Shown piece after piece: positions 1-7,780 of a stretch of 12,232 bases of DNA. Positions within the stretch are counted from its first letter, which is position 1; each line of letters opens with the position of its first letter. A model generated the notes under the pieces. The model was given only the letters and a program-made list of their open reading frames with translations. It was not told the origin of the DNA and made no database searches. The position numbers and the translations under genes are program-made. Origin of the DNA: an uncultured Deinococcales bacterium (lineage in GTDB: Bacteria; Deinococcota; Deinococci; Deinococcales; JAAFIG01); assembly GCA_964244895.1 (NCBI GenBank), contig CAXTKV010000164.1:1-12232 (forward strand). Direction: 5' to 3'.

Positions 1-1003
1 CCAGGACTGACTGATGCTCGCGTACTTCGCGTCCCACTCGGTTGCGAACGCCTCGAGCGCCTGATCGGCAGCCTGCTCGGTTGGAGCCTTATAGATCATC
101 TTCAAATCGCTCGAGACGGCTTTCTTCTCCTTCCACGACACGAAGTTCAGGCTGTAACGCACCAGGTGGACGATACAGAGTTGAACCTGCGTTCGAGGGA
201 AGACGGTTTCAATCGCTTCAGGGAAACCTTTCAGGCCATCAACGCAAGCGATGAACACGTCCTGCACGCCCCGGTTCTTGAGCTCCGTCAGCACGCTCAA
301 CCAGAATTTCGCGCCCTCGTTCTCCGAAATCCAGAGTCCGAGTACATCCTTTTGCCCCTCGAGGTTTACGCCAATAGCGACGTACACGGCTTTGGTTTTG
401 ATCGTGCCATCGCTTCGGATCTTCAAGTGCAAGCAATCCAAGTAGAGGATCGGGTAGAGCGGCTCGAGACCTCGAGACTGCCAGGCTTTGATCTCATCAA
501 CGACCGCGTCAGTGACGTTCGAGACGAGCGTTGGGCTGACCTCAACGCCGTAGATCTCCTCGAGGTGCGCCTGAATCTCGCGCGTACTCAAACCCCTCGC
601 GTAAAGCGCGACGATCTTCGTGTCCAAGCCCTTGAAGCGCGTCTGGCGTTTGGGCACGAGCACCGGCTGGAACGTGCCCTGACGGTCTCGTGGGACGGTA
701 ATCTCGAGTGCGCGGCCCAAGCCCGTCAGGTGCTGCCCTCAGGGCCAAGAAGCCGAAGTCACCTTGAATGGTTTTGCCGCTCGAGCCGTTGCGGATGTTG
801 CCGGTCTCGTTTTCCACGCCTGCGTGTCGGTCGTGACCGAGGTGGTCGGTCATTTCGGCTTCAAGCGCGCGTTCGACGAGGGCTTTGGTGATCTGCTTGA
901 GAATGCCGTGCTCGCCGGTGAGGTCTTCGGGCGTCTTGTAGGTCTCGAGGAGCTGGTCGATGAGTTTCGGGTCAATGCTGGTCGTGCTGGTCGTCTTGGT
1001 CAT
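1..1003 (-). pseudogene. IS256-family DDE transposase, frameshifted by a 40-bp insertion at 712-751; continues beyond the window start
   Basis: ATG at 1003 with GGAGG RBS. N-terminus LVERALEAEMTDHLGH...RNG...KTIQGDFG. After the insertion a second frame is open to position 1: ALEITVPRDRQGTFQP...LYARGLSTREI...YPILYLDC...VYVAIGVNLEGQKDVLGLW...ELKNRGVQDVFIACVDGLKGFPEAIETVFP...QLCIVHLVR, all typical IS256 (Mutator) motifs. Confidence 0.92.
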
Positions 1004-1039
1004 GCTTGCCTCCTGGTGAGTGGTTCAGCATGACCGAAA

Positions 1040-1061
1040 ACACGGTTCGTTTTACACCCTC
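1040..1061 (-). repeat. Left terminal inverted repeat of the IS256 element (putative)
   Basis: GAGGGTGTAAAACGAACCGTGT resembles IS256-family ends (GAGnnTGT...). It lies about 40-60 bp upstream of the transposase start, and unrelated coding sequence begins immediately beyond it. The partner IR is not visible. Confidence 0.7.
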
Positions 1062-1569
1062 AGCGATGGCTGAGTCCGCACCCACGAGACCGTCATCCAC
1101 GACGACCTCACTCGAGACTACGACGGCATTTGGCTCGACGACTGCGCCGTGTTCTGGTTCGAGGATGGGCCAACCCCGGCTGACATCGGGCGCTACACGG
1201 CCTACTTCAAGCGCGTGCGTGCGCTCGTCCACTGCTTGCGACCGGGCCGTCTTCAACACGAACTCGAACCTGATCCATGGCAGTCTCCAGGGCGGTTCGG
1301 GCTACCTCGAGGCACTCGACGGCATCACAATCGAGGGCTTCACCTACCACTGCTTCACGCCGGGCGATTGCCGGGCGAACGATCCCTCGAGGCGCAGCGT
1401 CGAGGGGGACTGGGCGGCGCGAGCGCAGGCTCACGGTACGAAGGTCTTCGTCCTCGATTACGCCTTCGATCCGGCCAGCCAGCAGTACGCCTGGCGGGAG
1501 ACGCGGTCTCGAGGCTGGACGCCCGCCGTGAACCGGGGGCCGAGGCTCGGGTACTGGGAGGCGGACTGA
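1062..1569 (+). pseudogene. 3' fragment of a TIM-barrel glycoside hydrolase (GH114 / MJ1477-TM1410-like), truncated by the IS, with a nonsense codon and a frameshift
   Basis: The frame from 1062 reads SDG*VRTHETVIHDDLTRDYDGIWLDDCAVFW...RVRALVHCLRPG (TGA at 1071-1073 where a Trp would fit). A frameshift near 1245 leads to AVFNTNSN...YLEALDGITIEGF...GTKVFVLDY...RGWTPAV, stop at 1569. DGIWLD, DGITIE and KVFVLDY match the motif order of this family. Confidence 0.6.
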
Positions 1570-1612
1570 AACGTTTTATACCGCTGAACCTGACGAAGGA
1601 TAAGCTTTGCGA

Positions 1613-1618
1613 TAGGCT
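1613..1618 (+). promoter_or_regulatory. Putative -10 element (TAGGCT) giving a leaderless transcript for the 1625 ORF
   Basis: TANNNT hexamer 6 nt upstream of the ATG with no Shine-Dalgarno sequence, the geometry known for leaderless genes in Deinococcus. Confidence 0.45.
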
Positions 1619-1624
1619 GAGTCC

Positions 1625-2140
1625 ATGCCTGAAACCAGCAATCCCGCCGTGACCATGCTCGAGCTGATCGGCGCGATCAAGGATGCCATCGCGCACGCCA
1701 GCCGGGAAGCCTCGAGCGTGAAAATCACCAAGGCGAGCCTCGAGATCAAGGCGCAACTTGTCGAGAAGGCGGGCGGCGGGATCGACCTGACGCCGATCAA
1801 GATTCCCGTCAAGTTCGGCGGCGAGATCAAGACCACGGGCATCCAGACGATTCACCTCGACTTCGATCTCGTCTACCGCAAGACGGCGGGCTTGAAGACG
1901 CCGGAAGCCCTCAAGGAATCGCTGGTTCAGGCGATCAACATCGTCAAGATCGCGGTGCGCGACGCGCAGCAGCCCGTGACCGACCCGAACCTGCCGAACC
2001 TGAGTTTCAAGCAGGCGGAGGTCACGATCGAGTTCATTCTGGACGACGAGGGCAACATCAAATTCCTGTTCCTGGACGTGAGCGCGAGCGTCGCCAGCCA
2101 GTACGCGAACAAGATCAAGCTGACCCTCGAGAGCGCGTAG
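1625..2140 (+). CDS. Tandem Trypco2-like (trypsin/peptidase co-occurring domain) protein, 171 aa
   Basis: Two units, each an amphipathic helix followed by a long alternating-hydrophobic beta hairpin: LELIGAIKDAI...ITKASLEIKAQL...AGGGIDL...VKFGGEI...IQTIHLDF and LVQAINIVKIAV...FKQAEVTIEFIL...GNIKFLFLDVSAS...NKIKLTLE. GC3-rich codon usage supports a real gene. Confidence 0.65.
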   Translation: MPETSNPAVTMLELIGAIKDAIAHASREASSVKITKASLEIKAQLVEKAGGGIDLTPIKIPVKFGGEIKTTGIQTIHLDFDLVYRKTAGLKTPEALKESLVQAINIVKIAVRDAQQPVTDPNLPNLSFKQAEVTIEFILDDEGNIKFLFLDVSASVASQYANKIKLTLESA

Positions 2141-2141
2141 T

Positions 2142-3125
2142 TCAGGACAGCGATCTGATCGTCAGGTCGCGCAGCGCGCCCCAGTACGACTCGAACGCGA
2201 GTTCATCGGGTGTGGGCAGCGGGTTGGGTTGCGGGTGGCAGGCCACGGCGATGGGTCGCCACGCGGCATCCCGGTGGTCGGGGCTCGAGGCGAGCGCGCG
2301 GCGTCCCGCGTGAACCGCGAGCAGGAACGGCATCTGGTCATCCAGGAGCGCCCCGAAAAACGCCTCGCGGAACGCGGACTCCATGTCGCTGCCGGGTTCG
2401 CCCCACATCAGGATGCCCGCGAAATCCGGGTGCAACGCGTTTTCTTTGGCCAGGTCCGCGAGCAACTCGAGGAACGCGGCGCGCTGCTGGCAGGCCATGA
2501 CGTACAGGAAGCGCAAAGGGTGGCCCCGGTCGCGGCTGGCGAGGAACGCGGCTTTCAGCTCGGATGGTTGCATCCCGGAGGTGTCCGAGCGGCACTCGAG
2601 CAAGCCGTGTTCCGGGTGGCCGTGCGTGAAGACGAGCACCGCGTCCGCACCAGAGGAAATGTTGGCTTGCAGTGCGATCAAGCTCGAGTTCATGGGGATG
2701 CCACCCTCGAGCCCATGACGGCGCAGTTGCTCGAGGAAGGTTTCGGGTACATCGAACGCACTGGTGTTGTCTGCCTCGAGACCGACGTAGGCGACGAATT
2801 TGGGTGAATCAGCCTTTGAGCGTGCGGCGGGGAATTCTGGGACATGTCCGAGATTGCGCCAGAATTGCACCCAGCGACGTTCGGCTGAGACGATGAAACG
2901 CGGCGTGTCAGGTGTATTCGAGGAGTCGCGCAATACTTCCCATAAACGCGCGTCATTCCTCGAGATTTCAACAATAATCGGTTGCCGCACTGTCACGGTT
3001 GAGGAGTCAGGCGCACCTTGGAATTCATCATCAGATGACCAAACAGGCTCGAGGTCTGCCTGATTAGCAAAAGCCTCGGCATTGACTGTAAAAATATGAT
3101 CATTAGACGCGAATAATCTGGGCAT
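2142..3125 (-). CDS. CHAT-domain (caspase-like, clan CD) cysteine protease, 327 aa
   Basis: CHAT motifs in the expected order: LWEVL (cf. LPWELL), AVLVFTHG (His168), LRFLYVMAC (Cys212), ILMWG, F...FFGAL, AVHAGRRAL...W.PI. The catalytic dyad is intact. Confidence 0.75.
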   Translation of the reverse strand: MPRLFASNDHIFTVNAEAFANQADLEPVWSSDDEFQGAPDSSTVTVRQPIIVEISRNDARLWEVLRDSSNTPDTPRFIVSAERRWVQFWRNLGHVPEFPAARSKADSPKFVAYVGLEADNTSAFDVPETFLEQLRRHGLEGGIPMNSSLIALQANISSGADAVLVFTHGHPEHGLLECRSDTSGMQPSELKAAFLASRDRGHPLRFLYVMACQQRAAFLELLADLAKENALHPDFAGILMWGEPGSDMESAFREAFFGALLDDQMPFLLAVHAGRRALASSPDHRDAAWRPIAVACHPQPNPLPTPDELAFESYWGALRDLTIRSLS

Positions 3126-3196
3126 AGGTAAGTATTAATGTAAATTACATGATAAATTAATAAGTTAATCTACTGTTAATTCTTGAGGATTGAATT

Positions 3197-5605
3197 TTAG
3201 AATAGACGGGCCGATGCAGTTTCGCGAACTAATTCATCCTCATCTTCTTTCAATTTGGTCAACATTTCCAAACTTGCCTTATCGTTTTCGGCCACTGCAT
3301 TGCGGACAAGAGACACACTATCATTAATTAATTTCAGCAAAATAAGTTTATCTGACTTGCCATTACTAGCTACTCTTGTACGAACAAGGTAATCTGGATC
3401 ATTAGTAAGCTCGAGTAGTATTTTGTAGGTTGTATTTATGTTCCAAGCCACTACTCTACGAACTCGTTTATCGTCGTCACTAGCTAGTTTAAATAAGAGT
3501 TTTTCGTTAATGGTTTCATTTCTTGCCACTCCTGCACGAACACACCATTCATCATCATTAGATAATTCTATTAAAAGATTTTCATCAATATTCGGATTTT
3601 CTGCAGTCAATTCGCGGACATATTTGGAAACATCTTTAGCAGTTTGAGATAAAATAGACATACTAGCGCGAAGATTTTGAGCTACTCCTATTCTGGCGTT
3701 CCAATCTTTATCTTGTAAAATTTGCACTAATATCGCATTTTCCGTCATTGAATTCTCTGCAATCATACGGCGCACATCTGAATTTTCATCTTTAGCTAAC
3801 TGCTTCAAAATGACTTCATCAAGATTTCTATTAGAAGCTAAAGATCTGCGGACATGCCAATTGTCTTTAGTCAATATTGACATTATTTTTTTACTGATTC
3901 CTGGATTTCTCGCTACAAGAGTACGTATATCTGAATCTTTATCGCGAGCCAATTCGATTAACAATGCTTCGCTCGCCAACTCATTTTGCGCGATCAGCTG
4001 TTTTAAACCAAAATCCTGCATAAATCTAACTAGGACAGCGTCACCACTCGCCCATCTTGCTAAAGTCTTGGGCATATCAACAGGGTCGTAAGAAATAAGG
4101 TAGTCAACCAAATGTTCTTCCAATGGTATGCCAGAGCGTCTAATTAGACTTACCAATTTCCAAGTAGGCAATATCGACCGCTTTTTCTCGAGCATTACCT
4201 GGATCAACTTGAGTGAACTCACCCTCTTATGCACAGCCACCGACAAAGCCAGTGCCAGGGTTTCCTCGAATTCAACCTCTGACTGGTTATCCTGGACAGC
4301 CTTTGTGAAGCGCTGCTCGAGGGTCTGAACGGACACGTTTCGCTCGTCGCCGTCCGGGAACAACCAGGCGCGGGCCAGCGCGTGCTCCTGGAAGGTCGGG
4401 TGGATGAACGCGTACCCAGTCTCGCCCTCGCGCGTCAGCAACCCGGCGGTCAGGAGCGCGTCCAGCAACAGGTTCAGTTCGGCTTTCGGCAACTGTTGCG
4501 CCCTGGCGACGGCGTTCAGGTCGTCGCGCGTGAACACCGTGCGGAGGCTCGCCTTCCCGGTGTCACTCGAGGGTGCGGGTTCCGCGAGGCGCGCCGCGAG
4601 CGCCGCCAGGAACGCGTTCCCGGTCGTCTCGAGTTCGTCGCGCTCGATGGGCGTGAGGGTGCGTCTGGCCTCGACGAGCGGTTTGGACGCCTCGAGTTCC
4701 CGCCAGCGTTTGCAGATCGTGCTGGCGTAAAGTTCCGCGCGGTTCGCGGGCAGGCTCGCGCCTTCTTCCGCGATCAAGCCCAGCAGGAGCGGGTTCCCGG
4801 CCAGGGCGCGCAGGCTCGGGTTGGCGCGCACACGTTGCAGCAAGGCGCTTGCGGTCGTGCCGTCGGGCAGGGCGCGCGACTCGAGGAAGCGGCGTTGCTC
4901 CTGGTCGTTCAGCCCCAGCAGGCGGTACACGGCGGGCGCGGGTCGGTTCGGTTGCGTGAACGCGGCGCGCAGTTCGGTTTCCCAGACGGCGGTGCGGCAC
5001 GTCAGGATTTTCGCGCCCGGCAGGTCGTGCAGGCTGCGCGCGAGGCTCGCTCGGGCGTCGATGCGAAGCTCGTCCAGGCCGTCCAGGATGAACACGGGCC
5101 GGTGGTGCGGGGGGACGCGCGGCGTGATCGGGTGGCCGAACTCCGCGCTCCAGTCCTCGATCACATCCCAGGCGCTCACGCCCTCGCCGGGTCTCGAGGC
5201 TTTCAGGGCGCGGAATCGCGCGAAGATCGGGGCGCGTGGCATGGCTTCGCGGCGCTCGAGCCAGCCGGGGTCGAGGAACGCGCGGGCGAGCGTGCGCGCC
5301 ATGTTCGCCGCCAGCCAGCTCTTGCCGGAACCCGGCTCGCCGAGGATCACGACGAAGGCGTTGTCGCTGAGGGCGCGCAGGAAGTTCGCTTCCGGCACGG
5401 GCTCGACATCGCGCGTCGTCCAGGCTTCGGAGAACGTCTCCATCCACTCGGTCAGGGAACGGTCCTCGGGTCGGCGCGGCGCTCGAGCATCGTCGCCTCG
5501 AGCGTTGGGGTCTCGAGAGTCGCGTATCTGAACCCGGTGCTCGACGGGTTTGCCCAGCCGCCGCTCGAAGTACGTCCAGCCATCCGCGCCGCGATCCTGG
5601 GTCAC
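3197..5605 (-). CDS. NACHT (STAND) NTPase with C-terminal LRV/HEAT-like repeats, 802 aa
   Basis: GTG start with GAGGT RBS. Walker A GEPGSGKS (89-96), Walker B VFILDGLDE (Asp175), sensor ILTCR, GNPLLL, winged-helix YAFIHPTFQEHALA. The C-terminus carries about 24-aa repeats. Confidence 0.93.
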   Translation of the reverse strand: MTQDRGADGWTYFERRLGKPVEHRVQIRDSRDPNARGDDARAPRRPEDRSLTEWMETFSEAWTTRDVEPVPEANFLRALSDNAFVVILGEPGSGKSWLAANMARTLARAFLDPGWLERREAMPRAPIFARFRALKASRPGEGVSAWDVIEDWSAEFGHPITPRVPPHHRPVFILDGLDELRIDARASLARSLHDLPGAKILTCRTAVWETELRAAFTQPNRPAPAVYRLLGLNDQEQRRFLESRALPDGTTASALLQRVRANPSLRALAGNPLLLGLIAEEGASLPANRAELYASTICKRWRELEASKPLVEARRTLTPIERDELETTGNAFLAALAARLAEPAPSSDTGKASLRTVFTRDDLNAVARAQQLPKAELNLLLDALLTAGLLTREGETGYAFIHPTFQEHALARAWLFPDGDERNVSVQTLEQRFTKAVQDNQSEVEFEETLALALSVAVHKRVSSLKLIQVMLEKKRSILPTWKLVSLIRRSGIPLEEHLVDYLISYDPVDMPKTLARWASGDAVLVRFMQDFGLKQLIAQNELASEALLIELARDKDSDIRTLVARNPGISKKIMSILTKDNWHVRRSLASNRNLDEVILKQLAKDENSDVRRMIAENSMTENAILVQILQDKDWNARIGVAQNLRASMSILSQTAKDVSKYVRELTAENPNIDENLLIELSNDDEWCVRAGVARNETINEKLLFKLASDDDKRVRRVVAWNINTTYKILLELTNDPDYLVRTRVASNGKSDKLILLKLINDSVSLVRNAVAENDKASLEMLTKLKEDEDELVRETASARLF
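3200..4005 (-). repeat. About 10-11 leucine-rich-variant (LRV)/HEAT-like 24-aa protein repeats
   Basis: Consensus L..L..D....VR..VA.N: IRTLVARN, VRRSLASN, VRRMIAEN, ARIGVAQN, VRELTAEN, VRAGVARN, VRRVVAWN, VRTRVASN, VRNAVAEN, VRETASAR. Confidence 0.88.
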
Positions 5606-5667
5606 GGTTGACCTCGCTCAAGGGCGCGCAGTGCTGTGCGGGAGCACCGGTTCATGACGACCCTCGC

Positions 5668-5673
5668 ATTCTA
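5668..5673 (-). promoter_or_regulatory. Putative -10 element (TAGAAT) for the NACHT-CHAT transcript
   Basis: Near-consensus hexamer on the minus strand in the 168-bp divergent intergenic region, about 65 nt upstream of the NACHT start. No clear -35. Confidence 0.4.
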
Positions 5674-5773
5674 CGGGGTTGCGCTACGTGCCGCTCGAAA
5701 ACCAGCGAGAAGAACGACTGAATCGTGCGCTATTCATGGCATCAACCTGTTCGGGTGCATGCAAAACTGATCC

Positions 5774-6895
5774 ATGAGCAAAGTGAAAGCCGACAGGTTC
5801 TTCGATGAGACCACTGAACAATCACAAGTCAAAGCCACCATCGTCGCCAAGTACTTCTGGGCCTGGGCCAAAGTCATCATTCCAACCGTGAAGAAGCTCG
5901 GGCGCGACAGGATCGCCTACCTCGACCTGTTCGCCGGACCCGGACGATACAAGGACGGTGCGAAATCCACCCCAGTGATGATCCTCGAGCGCGCCATAGC
6001 CGAACCGGACATGCGCCAGATGCTGGTCACGATCTTCAACGACATGGACACCGAAAACACGCAATCGCTCGAGTCGGCGCTGATGGCCTTGCCGGGCATC
6101 GAGAAGATGCGCTTCCGTCCCGATGTCCGGAACCACGAGGTCGGCACGCAAATCGTTCAGGAGTTCGAGTCGGTCAACCTCGTGCCGACGCTGTTCTTCG
6201 TCGATCCGTGGGGCTACAAAGGCTTGTCGTTGCGATTGATCAACTCTGTACTGAAGGACTGGGGTTGCGAGTGCATCTTCTTCTTTAACTACAACCGCAT
6301 CAACGCCGGGTTGAACAACCCGCTCGTCGAGGCCTACATGAACGATCTTTTCGGACAGGAACGAGCCGATCAACTGCGCGAGGAACTCGAGGGCTTGAAG
6401 CCGCAAGAACGCGAACTCGCCATCGTCGAGGCCCTGGCTCAGGCGCTGAAAGACATGGGCGGCAAGCACGTCCTGCCGTTCAGCTTTAGAAACGAGCGCG
6501 GCACGCGCACCAGCCACCACCTGATCTTCGTCTCGAAGCACGAACGCGGTTACTGCATCATGAAAGAGATCATGGCGGGGGAAAGCACAACCCAGGACCA
6601 GGGCGTGCCCTCACTGGATTACAACCCGGCGCTCGAGCGGTATCCGACCCTGTTCGAGCTGACCAGACCCCTCGACGGGCTGGTCAATCTGCTGCTCGAG
6701 ACCTTCGCCGGGCAGACCCTGCCGATGATCGAGGTCTTCAACCGGCATCACGTCGGACGCCGCTTCATCAAGAAAAACTACAAGGACGCGTTGATCAAGC
6801 TCGAACAGCAAGGCCAGATCACGGCGAGCCCAGCGAAGCGGCGCAAGGGGACGTTCGCTGACGAGGTGATCGTCACCTTCCCGCCAGAACCGTAG
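5774..6895 (+). CDS. tcmP: Three-Cys-motif partner protein TcmP (SAM-dependent methyltransferase-like fold with probable C-terminal winged helix), 373 aa
   Basis: S.VK..IV.KYF..WA N-terminus, YLDLFAGPG (SAM-binding motif I), FFVDPWGY, FFFNY, HHLIFVSKH..G...MK. Adjacent to a DUF5131 gene, the pairing that defines the family. Confidence 0.88.
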   Translation: MSKVKADRFFDETTEQSQVKATIVAKYFWAWAKVIIPTVKKLGRDRIAYLDLFAGPGRYKDGAKSTPVMILERAIAEPDMRQMLVTIFNDMDTENTQSLESALMALPGIEKMRFRPDVRNHEVGTQIVQEFESVNLVPTLFFVDPWGYKGLSLRLINSVLKDWGCECIFFFNYNRINAGLNNPLVEAYMNDLFGQERADQLREELEGLKPQERELAIVEALAQALKDMGGKHVLPFSFRNERGTRTSHHLIFVSKHERGYCIMKEIMAGESTTQDQGVPSLDYNPALERYPTLFELTRPLDGLVNLLLETFAGQTLPMIEVFNRHHVGRRFIKKNYKDALIKLEQQGQITASPAKRRKGTFADEVIVTFPPEP

Positions 6896-7694
6896 CCTTG
6901 CGTTTCTCGGGCACGAGTGTCTCCTGAGGCTTGAGCGCGCGATTGATCCTGCCTGGATGCTTCGGCAGCGCGGTGAGGCGCGTGAGGTGTTCGCTCCAGG
7001 CGCTCGGCATCTCGTCCCAGATGCGCCCGTCCAGCTCGCGCCCGCCCGAGGTGGGCCGCAGGCCGCCCCACTGTTTGTGGAAGAACGCCACGCCCGCGTT
7101 GAGGCACTGCTCGCGGATGCCGCGCACCCAGTCGGCCTTGATCGGACGGTGCTGCGGTCCGGACTCGCCTCCCGTGATCACCCAATCGATACCCTCGAGG
7201 TCGAGGTCGAGCGGGCCGAGCAATGGCTCGCACGAGAGGAAACGCACCGCCGCCGGGACACGCCTTAACGCATCGACGCGTGCGGGGTAGCGCTGGTTTT
7301 CGACGGACACACCGATCCAGACGTTTGCAGGCCACGCGAGGCGTGGCGCGAGTTCGGCCAGGCGTTCGTGGCGTTTGGTCAGCACCTGGAACACGTGCTG
7401 TGGGCAGTCGGCCATCACAGCGAAAATGCGCTCGAGGAACTCGAAGGGCATCTCTTCGTGGAACAGGTCGCTCATCGAGTTGACAAACACGCGGCTCGGC
7501 GAGCGCCAGCGTTTGGGTTCCTCGAGTCGCTGCTCGTGCAGGGTGAAGGCGAATCCGTTGGGGAAGTTCGTGTGAAAGCGCTGCGTGATCGCCTCGGCGT
7601 AACAGAACTTGCAGCCCGGACTGACCTTGGTGCAGCCCGTGGTCGGGTTCCAGGTCTTGTCGGTCCATTCGATCCCCGTGTGGGTGCTTGCCAT
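6873..7694 (-). CDS. DUF5131 family (phage Gp37/Gp68-like, three-Cys radical-SAM-like) protein, 273 aa
   Basis: IEWTDKTWNPTTGCTKVSPGCKFCYA (Cx6Cx2C), FVNSMSDLFHE, QVLTKR, WIGVSVEN, RFLSCEPLLG, WVITGGESG, FFHKQWGG, GRELDGRIWDEMP. GAGG RBS. Confidence 0.95.
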   Translation of the reverse strand: MASTHTGIEWTDKTWNPTTGCTKVSPGCKFCYAEAITQRFHTNFPNGFAFTLHEQRLEEPKRWRSPSRVFVNSMSDLFHEEMPFEFLERIFAVMADCPQHVFQVLTKRHERLAELAPRLAWPANVWIGVSVENQRYPARVDALRRVPAAVRFLSCEPLLGPLDLDLEGIDWVITGGESGPQHRPIKADWVRGIREQCLNAGVAFFHKQWGGLRPTSGGRELDGRIWDEMPSAWSEHLTRLTALPKHPGRINRALKPQETLVPEKRKATVLAGR

Positions 7695-7780
7695 GTATGC
7701 CTCACTCTAGCCCGCCGTTCGTACAGGTCCGCGTTTGACCGATCTGGAAGGCCACCGGGCATCTCGCCCATCTGCACCGC

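Larger units (their letters stand above)
1..1061 (-). mobile_element. IS256-family insertion sequence, left part only (other end is outside the window)
   Basis: IS256-type transposase sequence on the minus strand plus a terminal-repeat-like end GAGGGTGTAAAACGAACCGTGT (minus strand, 1061-1040). The target-site duplication cannot be seen because only one end is present. Confidence 0.9.

Noticed and set aside
166..891. 241-aa plus-strand ORF
   Set aside because: Antisense shadow of the IS256 transposase; no independent motifs.
542..1003. 153-aa ORF as a complete protein, or a programmed frameshift in the transposase
   Set aside because: The C-terminal part is out-of-frame read-through caused by the 40-bp insertion. 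There is no slippery sequence, and IS256 transposases are single-ORF.
1006..1569. 187-aa ORF as an intact gene
   Set aside because: It starts inside the IS end and its Ser/Thr-rich first half is an off-frame reading. Only the part after about 1245 is hydrolase-like.
3200..4005. Diversity-generating retroelement or DNA-level repeat array behind the variable sensor
   Set aside because: No reverse transcriptase and no template/variable repeat pair in the window. The repeats are evident only at protein level.
4382..5621. Long alternative ORFs (409, 352 and 236 aa) overlapping the NACHT gene
   Set aside because: Stop-poor shadow frames of about 70% GC coding DNA; Arg/Ala/Pro-rich with no motifs.
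5774..6895. TcmP as the methylase responsible for the CTCGAG enrichment
   Set aside because: Nothing in the sequence links it to that site. The enrichment covers all GC-rich genes including the IS, which points to a genome-wide host process.
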